DNA of 64,000 nt from Auanema rhodensis (taxonomy: Eukaryota > Animalia > Nematoda). Within the stretch, counting starts at the first letter, position 1. Every line of letters starts with the position of its first letter. The stretch lies in NCBI GenBank assembly GCA_964057225.1, contig OZ059895.1, positions 22,568,001-22,632,000 of the forward strand, in the 5' to 3' direction. A model generated the notes under the pieces. It ran no database searches and was not told where the DNA came from. It was given only the letters and a program-made list of their open reading frames with translations. The translations under genes were made by a program, and so were the position numbers. Positions 37,941 through 51,300 of this stretch are shown one piece after another.

Positions 37941-40900
37941 CATACACTAATGCATCATTTTTCAAACGATCATAACTAATTTTTGTATCAAGCGTTTTTC
38001 AATGTAGTATAGTGCATTCGATGCAGATTTTTAAGCTGCGTCGATCTGTGTTATCAGATTTGCGCTAGCTTAAAAATGCACCGAGATATCAACTGATATA
38101 AGTTCACACTTATATCCTCGATTTTCACCCTGAAGAATTAATTTTTTCGTTGAATAACAATGTCCATCGTATTTGCCTTGAAAAACGGAATCTAAAAACA
38201 TCTACTTTTTGCTAAATTATTCTGAAATTTTTCGAAAAAATTTTTGTCAAAATGTTTTTGGAAGCAATGTTGAGTGTACATGGAAACTCAACATACACTA
38301 ATGCATCATTTTTCAAACGATCATAACTAATTTTTGTATTAAGCGTTTCTCAATGTAGTATAGTGCATTCGATGCGGATTTTTAAGCTGCGTCGATCTGT
38401 GTTATCAGATTTGCGCTAGCTTAAAAATGCACCGAGATATCAACTGATATAAGTTCACACTTAGATCCTCGATTTTCACCCTGAAGAATTAATTTTTTCG
38501 TTGAATAACATTGTCCATCGTCTTTGCCTTGAAAAAAAAATCTGAAAACAACTACTTTTTGCTAAATTATTTTGAAATTTTTCGAAAAAATTTTTGTCAA
38601 AATGTTTTTGGAAGCAATGTTGAGTGTACATGGAAACTCAACATACACTAATGCATCATTTTTCAAACGATCATAACTAATTTTTGTATTAAGCGTTTCT
38701 CAATGTAGTATAGTGCATTCGATGCGGATTTTTAAGCTGCGTCGATCTGTGTTATCAGATTTGCGCTATCTTAAAAATGCACCGAGATATCAACTGATAT
38801 AAGTTCACACTTATATCCTCGATTTTCACCCTGAAGAATTAATTTTTTCGTTGAATAACATTGTCCATCGTCTTTGCCATGAAAAAAGGAATCTAAAAAC
38901 ATCTACTTTTTGCTAAATTATTTTGAAATTTTTCGAAAAAATTTTTGTCAAAATGTTTTTGGAAGCAATGTTGAGTGTACATGGAAACTCAACATACACT
39001 AATGCATCATTTTTCAAACGATCATAACTAATTTTTGTATTAAGCGTTTCTCAATGTAGTATAGTGCATTCGATGCGGATTTTTAAGCTGCGTCGATCTG
39101 TGTTATCAGATTTGCGCTAGCTTAAAAATGCACCGAGATATCAACTGATATAAGTTCACACTTATATCCTCAATTTTCACCCTGAAGAATTAATTTTTTC
39201 GTTGAATAACATTGTCCATCGTCTTTGCCTTGAAAAAAAAAATCTGAAAACAACTACTTTTTGCTAAATTATTTTGAAATTTTTCGAAAAAATTTTTGTC
39301 AAAATGTTTTTGGAAGCAATGTTGAGTGTACATGGAAACTCAACATACACTAATGCATCATTTTTCAAACGATCATAACTAATTTTTGTATCAAGCGTTT
39401 TTCAATGTAGTATAGTGCATTCGATGCGGATTTTTAAGCTGCGTCGATCTGTGTTATCAGATTTGCGCTAGCTTAAAAATGCACCGAGATATCAACTGAT
39501 ATAAGTTCACACTTAGATCCTCGATTTTCACCCTGAAGAATTAATTTTTTCGTTGAATAACATTGTCCATCGTCTTTGCCTTGAAAAAAAAATCTGAAAA
39601 CAACTACTTTTTGCTAAATTATTTTGAAATTTTTCGAAAAAATTTTTGTCAAAATGTTTTTGGAAGCAATGTTGAGTGTACATGGAAACTCAACATACAC
39701 TAATGCATCATTTTTCAAACGATCATAACTAATTTTTGTATTAAGCGTTTCTCAATGTAGTATAGTGCATTCGATGCAGATTTTTAAGCTGCGTCGATCT
39801 GTGTTATCAGATTTGCGCTAGCTTAAAAATGCACCGAGATATCAACTGATATAAGTTCACACTTATATCCTCGATTTTCACCCTGAAGAATTAATTTTTT
39901 CGTTGAATAACAATGTCCATCGTATTTGCCTTGAAAAACGGAATCTAAAAACATCTACTTTTTGCTAAATTATTCTGAAATTTTTCGAAAAAATTTTTGT
40001 CAAAATGTTTTTGGAAGCAATGTTGAGTGTACATGGAAACTCAACATACACTAATGCATCATTTTTCAAACGATCATAACTAATTTTTGTATTAAGCGTT
40101 TCTCAATGTAGTATAGTGCATTCGATGCGGATTTTTAAGCTGCGTCGATCTGTGTTATCAGATTTGCGCTAGCTTAAAAATGCACCGAGATATCAACTGA
40201 TATAAGTTCACACTTAGATCCTCGATTTTCACCCTGAAGAATTAATTTTTTCGTTGAATAACATTGTCCATCGTCTTTGCCTTGAAAAAAAAATCTGAAA
40301 ACAACTACTTTTTGCTAAATTATTTTGAAATTTTTCGAAAAAATTTTTGTCAAAATGTTTTTGGAAGCAATGTTGAGTGTACATGGAAACTCAACATACA
40401 CTAATGCATCATTTTTCAAACGATCATAACTAATTTTTGTATTAAGCGTTTCTCAATGTAGTATAGTGCATTCGATGCGGATTTTTAAGCTGCGTCGATC
40501 TGTGTTATCAGATTTGCGCTATCTTAAAAATGCACCGAGATATCAACTGATATAAGTTCACACTTATATCCTCGATTTTCACCCTGAAGAATTAATTTTT
40601 TCGTTGAATAACATTGTCCATCGTCTTTGCCATGAAAAAAGGAATCTAAAAACATCTACTTTTTGCTAAATTATTTTGAAATTTTTCGAAAAAATTTTTG
40701 TCAAAATGTTTTTGGAAGCAATGTTGAGTGTACATGGAAACTCAACATACACTAATGCATCATTTTTCAAACGATCATAACTAATTTTTGTATTAAGCGT
40801 TTCTCAATGTAGTATAGTGCATTCGATGCGGATTTTTAAGCTGCGTCGATCTGTGTTATCAGATTTGCGCTAGCTTAAAAATGCACCGAGATATCAACTG

Positions 40901-41096
40901 ATATAAGTTCACACTTATATCCTCAATTTTCACCCTGAAGAATTAATTTTTTCGTTGAATAACATTGTCCATCGTCTTTGCCTTGAAAAAAAAAATCTGA
41001 AAACAACTACTTTTTGCTAAATTATTTTGAAATTTTTCGAAAAAATTTTTGTCAAAATGTTTTTGGAAGCAATGTTGAGTGTACATGGAAACTCAA
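36538..41096. repeat. Local 4/5-monomer repeats (TGCAGA, TTAGATC, CTATCT and CTCAA monomers)
   Basis: TGCAGA at 36622, 38025 and 39778 (spacing 1403, 1753). CTATCT at 37366, 38769 and 40522. The same 5-mer is seen at 28554/30307. Confidence 0.85.
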
Positions 41097-44000
41097 CATA
41101 CACTAATGCATCATTTTTCAAACGATCATAACTAATTTTTGTATCAAGCGTTTTTCAATGTAGTATAGTGCATTCGATGCGGATTTTTAAGCTGCGTCGA
41201 TCTGTGTTATCAGATTTGCGCTAGCTTAAAAATGCACCGAGATATCAACTGATATAAGTTCACACTTATATCCTCGATTTTCACCCTGAAGAATTAATTT
41301 TTTCGTTGAATAACATTGTCCATCGTCTTTGCCTTGAAAAAAGGAATCTAAAAACATTAACTTTTTGCTAAATTATTTTGAAATTTTTCGAAAAAATTTT
41401 TGTCAAAATGTTTTTGGAAACAATGTTGAGTGTACATGGAAACTCAACATACACTAATGCATCATTTTGCAAACGATCATAACTAATTTCTGTATTGAGC
41501 GTTTCTCAATGTAGTATAGTGCACTCGATGCGGATTTTTAAGCTGCGTCGATCTGTGTTTTCAGATTTGCGCTAGCTTAAAAATGCACCGAGATATCAAC
41601 TGATATAAGTTCACACTTACATCCTCGATTTTCACCCTGAAGAATTAATTTTTCCGTTGAATAACATTGTCCATCGTCTTTGCCTTGAAAAAAAAAATCT
41701 GAAAACATCTACTTTTTGCTAAATTATTTTGAAATTTTTCGAAAAAATTTTTGTCAAAATGTTTTTGGAAACAATGTTGAGTGTACATGGAAACTCAACA
41801 TACACTAATGCATCATTTTGCAAACGATCATAACTAATTTTTGTATTAAGCGTTTCTCAATGTAGTATAGTGCATTCGATGCGGATTTTTAAGCTGCGTC
41901 GATCTGTGTTATCAGATTTGCGCTAGCTTAAAAATGCACCGAGATATCAACTGATATAAGTTCACACTTATATCCTCGATTTTCACCCTGAAGAATTAAT
42001 TTTTTCGTTGAATAACATTGTCCATCGTCTTTGCCATGAAAAAAGGAATCTAAAAACATCTACTTTTTGCTAAATTATTTTGAAATTTTTCGAAAAAATT
42101 TTTGTCAAAATGTTTTTGGAAGCAATGTTGAGTGTACATGGAAACTCAACATACACTAATGCATCATTTTTCAAACGATCATAACTAATTTTTGTATTAA
42201 GCGTTTCTCAATGTAGTATAGTGCATTCGATGCGGATTTTTAAGCTGCGTCGATCTGTGTTATCAGATTTGCGCTATCTTAAAAATGCACCGAGATATCA
42301 ACTGATATAAGTTCACACTTATATCCTCGATTTTCACCCTGAAGAATTAATTTTTTCGTTGAATAACATTGTCCATCGTCTTTGCCATGAAAAAAGGAAT
42401 CTAAAAACATCTACTTTTTGCTAAATTATTTTGAAATTTTTCGAAAAAATTTTTGTCAAAATGTTTTTGGAAGCAATGTTGAGTGTACATGGAAACTCAA
42501 CATACACTAATGCATCATTTTTCAAACGATCATAACTAATTTTTGTATTAAGCGTTTCTCAATGTAGTATAGTGCATTCGATGCGGATTTTTAAGCTGCG
42601 TCGATCTGTGTTATCAGATTTGCGCTAGCTTAAAAATGCACCGAGATATCAACTGATATAAGTTCACACTTATATCCTCAATTTTCACCCTGAAGAATTA
42701 ATTTTTTCGTTGAATAACATTGTCCATCGTCTTTGCCTTGAAAAAAAAAATCTGAAAACAACTACTTTTTGCTAAATTATTTTGAAATTTTTCGAAAAAA
42801 TTTTTGTCAAAATGTTTTTGGAAGCAATGTTGAGTGTACATGGAAACTCAACATACACTAATGCATCATTTTTCAAACGATCATAACTAATTTTTGTATC
42901 AAGCGTTTTTCAATGTAGTATAGTGCATTCGATGCGGATTTTTAAGCTGCGTCGATCTGTGTTATCAGATTTGCGCTAGCTTAAAAATGCACCGAGATAT
43001 CAACTGATATAAGTTCACACTTATATCCTCGATTTTCACCCTGAAGAATTAATTTTTTCGTTGAATAACATTGTCCATCGTCTTTGCCTTGAAAAAAGGA
43101 ATCTAAAAACATTAACTTTTTGCTAAATTATTTTGAAATTTTTCGAAAAAATTTTTGTCAAAATGTTTTTGGAAACAATGTTGAGTGTACATGGAAACTC
43201 AACATACACTAATGCATCATTTTGCAAACGATCATAACTAATTTCTGTATTGAGCGTTTCTCAATGTAGTATAGTGCACTCGATGCGGATTTTTAAGCTG
43301 CGTCGATCTGTGTTTTCAGATTTGCGCTAGCTTAAAAATGCACCGAGATATCAACTGATATAAGTTCACACTTACATCCTCGATTTTCACCCTGAAGAAT
43401 TAATTTTTCCGTTGAATAACATTGTCCATCGTCTTTGCCTTGAAAAAAAAAATCTGAAAACATCTACTTTTTGCTAAATTATTTTGAAATTTTTCGAAAA
43501 AATTTTTGTCAAAATGTTTTTGGAAACAATGTTGAGTGTACATGGAAACTCAACATACACTAATGCATCATTTTGCAAACGATCATAACTAATTTTTGTA
43601 TTAAGCGTTTCTCAATGTAGTATAGTGCATTCGATGCGGATTTTTAAGCTGCGTCGATCTGTGTTATCAGATTTGCGCTAGCTTAAAAATGCACCGAGAT
43701 ATCAACTGATATAAGTTCACACTTATATCCTCGATTTTCACCCTGAAGAATTAATTTTTTCGTTGAATAACATTGTCCATCGTCTTTGCCATGAAAAAAG
43801 GAATCTAAAAACATCTACTTTTTGCTAAATTATTTTGAAATTTTTCGAAAAAATTTTTGTCAAAATGTTTTTGGAAGCAATGTTGAGTGTACATGGAAAC
43901 TCAACATACACTAATGCATCATTTTTCAAACGATCATAACTAATTTTTGTATTAAGCGTTTCTCAATGTAGTATAGTGCATTCGATGCGGATTTTTAAGC

Positions 44001-45308
44001 TGCGTCGATCTGTGTTATCAGATTTGCGCTAGCTTAAAAATGCACCGAGATATCAACTGATATAAGTTCACACTTATATCCTCAATTTTCACCCTGAAGA
44101 ATTAATTTTTTCGTTGAATAACATTGTCCATCGTCTTTGCCTTGAAAAAAAAAATCTGAAAACAACTACTTTTTGCTAAATTATTTTGAAATTTTTCGAA
44201 AAAATTTTTGTCAAAATGTTTTTGGAAGCAATGTTGAGTGTACATGGAAACTCAACATACACTAATGCATCATTTTTCAAACGATCATAACTAATTTTTG
44301 TATCAAGCGTTTTTCAATGTAGTATAGTGCATTCGATGCGGATTTTTAAGCTGCGTCGATCTGTGTTATCAGATTTGCGCTAGCTTAAAAATGCACCGAG
44401 ATATCAACTGATATAAGTTCACACTTATATCCTCGATTTTCACCCTGAAGAATTAATTTTTTCGTTGAATAACATTGTCCATCGTCTTTGCCTTGAAAAA
44501 AGGAATCTAAAAACATTAACTTTTTGCTAAATTATTTTGAAATTTTTCGAAAAAATTTTTGTCAAAATGTTTTTGGAAACAATGTTGAGTGTACATGGAA
44601 ACTCAACATACACTAATGCATCATTTTGCAAACGATCATAACTAATTTCTGTATTGAGCGTTTCTCAATGTAGTATAGTGCACTCGATGCGGATTTTTAA
44701 GCTGCGTCGATCTGTGTTTTCAGATTTGCGCTAGCTTAAAAATGCACCGAGATATCAACTGATATAAGTTCACACTTACATCCTCGATTTTCACCCTGAA
44801 GAATTAATTTTTCCGTTGAATAACATTGTCCATCGTCTTTGCCTTGAAAAAAAAAATCTGAAAACATCTACTTTTTGCTAAATTATTTTGAAATTTTTCG
44901 AAAAAATTTTTGTCAAAATGTTTTTGGAAACAATGTTGAGTGTACATGGAAACTCAACATACACTAATGCATCATTTTGCAAACGATCATAACTAATTTT
45001 TGTATTAAGCGTTTCTCAATGTAGTATAGTGCATTCGATGCGGATTTTTAAGCTGCGTCGATCTGTGTTATCAGATTTGCGCTAGCTTAAAAATGCACCG
45101 AGATATCAACTGATATAAGTTCACACTTATATCCTCGATTTTCACCCTGAAGAATTAATTTTTTCGTTGAATAACATTGTCCATCGTCTTTGCCATGAAA
45201 AAAGGAATCTAAAAACATCTACTTTTTGCTAAATTATTTTGAAATTTTTCGAAAAAATTTTTGTCAAAATGTTTTTGGAAGCAATGTTGAGTGTACATGG
45301 AAACTCAA
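40746..45308. repeat. Local 4/5-monomer repeat x3 marked by the private variant GCACTCG
   Basis: GCACTCG variant base at 41524, 43279 and 44683 (spacing 1755, 1404), not seen elsewhere in the window. Confidence 0.88.
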
Positions 45309-48300
45309 CATACACTAATGCATCATTTTTCAAACGATCATAACTAATTTTTGTATTGAGCGTTTCTCAATGTAGTATAGTGCATTCGATGCGGATTTTT
45401 AAGCTGCGTCGATCTGTGTTATCAGATTTGCGCTAGCTTAAAAATGCACCGAGATATCAACTGATATAAGTTCACACTTATATCCTCGATTTTCACCCTG
45501 AAGAATTAATTTTTTCGTTGAATAACATTGTCCATCGTCTTTGCCTTGAAAAAAGGAATCTAAAAACATTAACTTTTTGCTAAATTATTTTGAAATTTTT
45601 CGAAAAAATTTTTGTCAAAATGTTTTTGGAAACAATGTTGAGTGTACATGGAAACTCAACATACACTAATGCATCATTTTGCAAACGATCATAACTAATT
45701 TCTGTATTGAGCGTTTCTCAATGTAGTATAGTGCATTCGATGCGGATTTTTAAGCTGCGTCGATCTGTGTTTTCAGATTTGCGCTAGCTTAAAAATGCAC
45801 CGAGATATCAACTGATATAAGTTCACACTTACATCCTCGATTTTCACCCTGAAGAATTAATTTTTCCGTTGAATAACATTGTCCATCGTCTTTGCCTTGA
45901 AAAAAAAAATCTGAAAACATCTACTTTTTGCTAAATTTTTTTGAAATTTTTCGAAAAAATTTTTGTCAAAATGTTTTTGGAAACAATGTTGAGTGTACAT
46001 GGAAACTCAACATACACTAATGCATCATTTTGCAAACGATCATAACTAATTTTTGTATTAAGCGTTTCTCAATGTAGTATAGTGCATTCGATGCGGATTT
46101 TTAAGCTGCGTCGATCTGTGTTATCAGATTTGCGCTAGCTTAAAAATGCACCGAGATATCAACTGATATAAGTTCACACTTATATCCTCGATTTTCACCC
46201 TGAAGAATTAATTTTTTCGTTGAATAACATTGTCCATCGTCTTTGCCATGAAAAAAGGAATCTAAAAACATCTACTTTTTGCTAAATTATTTTGAAATTT
46301 TTCGAAAAAATTTTTGTCAAAATGTTTTTGGAAGCAATGTTGAGTGTACATGGAAACTCAACATACACTAATGCATCATTTTTCAAACGATCATAACTAA
46401 TTTTTGTATTGAGCGTTTCTCAATGTAGTATAGTGCATTCGATGCGGATTTTTAAGCTGCGTCGATCTGTGTTATCAGATTTGCGCTAGCTTAAAAATGC
46501 ACCGAGATATCAACTGATATAAGTTCACACTTATATCCTCGATTTTCACCCTGAAGAATTAATTTTTTCGTTGAATAACATTGTCCATCGTCTTTGCCAT
46601 GAAAAAAGGAATCTAAAAACATCTACTTTTTGCTAAATTATTTTGAAATTTTTCGAAAAAATTTTTGTCAAAATGTTTTTGGAAGCAATGTTGAGTGTAC
46701 ATGGAAACTCAACATACACTAATGCATCATTTTTCAAACGATCATAACTAATTTTTGTATTGAGCGTTTCTCAATATAGTATAGTGCATTCGATGCGGAT
46801 TTTTAAGCAGCGTCGATCTGTGTTATCAGATTTGCACTAGCTTAAAAATGCACCGAGATATCAACTGATATAAGTTCACACTTATATCCTCGATTTTCAC
46901 CCTGAAGAATTAATTTTTTCGTTGAATAACATTGTCCATCGTCTTTGCCTTGAAAAAAGGAATCTAAAAACATCTCCTTTTTGCTAAATTATTTTGAAAT
47001 TTTTCGAAAAAATTTTTGTCAAAATGTTTTTGGAAGCAATGTTGAGTGTACATGGAAACTCAACATACACTAATGCATCATTTTTCAAACGATCATAACT
47101 AATTTTTGTATTAAGCGTTTCTCAATGTAGTATAGTGCATTCGATGCGGATTTTTAAGCTGCGTCGATCTGTGTTATCAGATTTGCGCTAGCTTAAAAAT
47201 GCACCGAGATATCAACTGATATAAGTTCACACTTATATCCTCGATTTTCACCCTGAAGAATTAATTTTTTCGTTGAATAACATTGTCCATCGTCTTTGCC
47301 TTGAAAAACGGAATCTAAAAACATCTACTTTTTGCTAAATTATTCTGAAATTTTTCGAAAAAATTTTTGTCAAAATGTTTTTGGAAGCAATGTTGAGTGT
47401 ACATGGAAACTCAACATACACTAATGCATCATTTTTCAAACGATCATAACTAATTTTTGTATTAAGCGTTTCTCAATGTAGTATAGTGCATTCGATGCGG
47501 ATTTTTAAGCTGCGTCGATCTGTGTTATCAGATTTGCGCTAGCTTAAAAATGCACCGAGATATCAACTGATATAAGTTCACACTTAGATCCTCGATTTTC
47601 ACTCTGAAGAATTAATTTTTTCGTTGAATAACATTGTCCATCGTCTTTGCCTTGAAAAAAAAATCTGAAAACAACTACTTTTTGCTAAATTATTTTGAAA
47701 TTTTTCGAAAAAATTTTTGTCAAAATGTTTTTGGAAGCAATGTTGAGTGTACATGGAAACTCAACATACACTAATGCATCATTTTTCAAACGATCATAAC
47801 TAATTTTTGTATTAAGCGTTTCTCAATGTAGTATAGTGCATTCGATGCGGATTTTTAAGCTGCGTCGATCTGTGTTATCAGATTTGCGCTAGCTTAAAAA
47901 TGCACCGAGATATCAACTGATATAAGTTCACACTTATATCCTCAATTTTCACCCTGAAGAATTAATTTTTTCGTTGAATAACATTGTCCATCGTCTTTGC
48001 CTTGAAAAAAGGAATCTAAAAACATCTACTTTTTGCTAAATTATTTTGAAATTTTTCGAAAAAATTTTTGTCAAAATGTTTTTGGAAGCAATGTTGAGTG
48101 TACATGGAAACTCAACATACACTAATGCATCATTTTGCAAACGATCATAACTAATTTTTGTATTAAGCGTTTCTCAATGTAGTATAGTGCATTCGATGCG
48201 GATTTTTAAGCTGCGTCGATCTGTGTTATCAGATTTGCGCTAGCTTAAAAATGCACCGAGATATCAACTGATATAAGTTCACACTTATATCCTCGATTTT

Positions 48301-51300
48301 CACCCTGAAGAATTAATTTTTTCGTTGAATAACATTGTCCATCGTCTTTGCCATGAAAAAAGGAATCTAAAAACATCTACTTTTTGCTAAATTATTTTGA
48401 AATTTTTCGAAAAAATTTTTGTCAAAATGTTTTTGGAAGCAATGTTGAGTGTACATGGAAACTCAACATACACTAATGCATCATTTTTCAAACGATCATA
48501 ACTAATTTTTGTATTGAGCGTTTCTCAATGTAGTATAGTGCATTCGATGCGGATTTTTAAGCTGCGTCGATCTGTGTTATCAGATTTGCGCTAGCTTAAA
48601 AATGCACCGAGATATCAACTGATATAAGTTCACACTTAGATCCTCGATTTTCACCCTGAAGAATTAATTTTTTCGTTGAATAACATTGTCCATCGTCTTT
48701 GCCTTGAAAAAAAAATCTGAAAACAACTACTTTTTGCTAAATTATTTTGAAATTTTTCGAAAAAATTTTTGTCAAAATGTTTTTGGAAGCAATGTTGAGT
48801 GTACATGGAAACTCAACATACACTAATGCATCATTTTTCAAACGATCATAACTAATTTTTGTATTAAGCGTTTCTCAACGTAGTATAGTGCATTCGATGC
48901 GGATTTTTAAGCTGCGTCGATCTGTGTTATCAGATTTGCGCTATCTTAAAAATGCACCGAGATATCAACTGATATAAGTTCACACTTATATCCTCGATTT
49001 TCACCCTGAAGAATTAATTTTTTCGTTGAATAACATTGTCCATCGTCTTTGCCATGAAAAAAGGAATCTAAAAACATCTACTTTTTGCTAAATTATTTTG
49101 AAATTTTTCGAAAAAATTTTTGTCAAAATGTTTTTGGAAGCAATGTTGAGTGTACATGGAAACTCAACATACACTAATGCATCATTTTTCAAACGATCAT
49201 AACTAATTTTTGTATTAAGCGTTTCTCAATGTAGTATAGTGCATTCGATGCGGATTTTTAAGCTGCGTCGATCTGTGTTATCAGATTTGCGCTAGCTTAA
49301 AAATGCACCGAGATATCAACTGATATAAGTTCACACTTATATCCTCAATTTTCACCCTGAAGAATTAATTTTTTCGTTGAATAACATTGTCCATCGTCTT
49401 TGCCTTGAAAAAAAAAATCTGAAAACAACTACTTTTTGCTAAATTATTTTGAAATTTTTCGAAAAAATTTTTGTCAAAATGTTTTTGGAAGCAATGTTGA
49501 GTGTACATGGAAACTCAACATACACTAATGCATCATTTTTCAAACGATCATAACTAATTTTTGTATCAAGCGTTTTTCAATGTAGTATAGTGCATTCGAT
49601 GCGGATTTTTAAGCTGCGTCGATCTGTGTTATCAGATTTGCGCTAGCTTAAAAATGCACCGAGATATCAACTGATATAAGTTCACACTTATATCCTCGAT
49701 TTTCACCCTGAAGAATTAATTTTTTCGTTGAATAACATTGTCCATCGTCTTTGCCTTGAAAAAAGGAATCTAAAAACATTAACTTTTTGCTAAATTATTT
49801 TGAAATTTTTCGAAAAAATTTTTGTCAAAATGTTTTTGGAAACAATGTTGAGTGTACATGGAAACTCAACATACACTAATGCATCATTTTGCAAACGATC
49901 ATAACTAATTTCTGTATTGAGCGTTTCTCAATGTAGTATAGTGCATTCGATGCGGATTTTTAAGCTGCGTCGATCTGTGTTTTCAGATTTGCGCTAGCTT
50001 AAAAATGCACCGAGATATCAACTGATATAAGTTCACACTTACATCCTCGATTTTCACCCTGAAGAATTAATTTTTCCGTTGAATAACATTGTCCATCGTC
50101 TTTGCCTTGAAAAAAAAAATCTGAAAACATCTACTTTTTGCTAAATTATTTTGAAATTTTTCGAAAAAATTTTTGTCAAAATGTTTTTGGAAACAATGTT
50201 GAGTGTACATGGAAACTCAACATACACTAATGCATCATTTTGCAAACGATCATAACTAATTTTTGTATTAAGCGTTTCTCAATGTAGTATAGTGCATTCG
50301 ATGCGGATTTTTAAGCTGCGTCGATCTGTGTTATCAGATTTGCGCTAGCTTAAAAATGCACCGAGATATCAACTGATATAAGTTCACACTTATATCCTCG
50401 ATTTTCACCCTGAAGAATTAATTTTTTCGTTGAATAACATTGTCCATCGTCTTTGCCATGAAAAAAGGAATCTAAAAACATCTACTTTTTGCTAAATTAT
50501 TTTGAAATTTTTCGAAAAAATTTTTGTCAAAATGTTTTTGGAAGCAATGTTGAGTGTACATGGAAACTCAACATACACTAATGCATCATTTTTCAAACGA
50601 TCATAACTAATTTTTGTATTGAGCGTTTCTCAATGTAGTATAGTGCATTCGATGCGGATTTTTAAGCTGCGTCGATCTGTGTTATCAGATTTGCGCTAGC
50701 TTAAAAATGCACCGAGATATCAACTGATATAAGTTCACACTTATATCCTCGATTTTCACCCTGAAGAATTAATTTTTTCGTTGAATAACATTGTCCATCG
50801 TCTTTGCCTTGAAAAAAGGAATCTAAAAACATTAACTTTTTGCTAAATTATTTTGAAATTTTTCGAAAAAATTTTTGTCAAAATGTTTTTGGAAACAATG
50901 TTGAGTGTACATGGAAACTCAACATACACTAATGCATCATTTTGCAAACGATCATAACTAATTTCTGTATTGAGCGTTTCTCAATGTAGTATAGTGCATT
51001 CGATGCGGATTTTTAAGCTGCGTCGATCTGTGTTTTCAGATTTGCGCTAGCTTAAAAATGCACCGAGATATCAACTGATATAAGTTCACACTTACATCCT
51101 CGATTTTCACCCTGAAGAATTAATTTTTCCGTTGAATAACATTGTCCATCGTCTTTGCCTTGAAAAAAAAAATCTGAAAACATCTACTTTTTGCTAAATT
51201 ATTTTGAAATTTTTCGAAAAAATTTTTGTCAAAATGTTTTTGGAAACAATGTTGAGTGTACATGGAAACTCAACATACACTAATGCATCATTTTGCAAAC

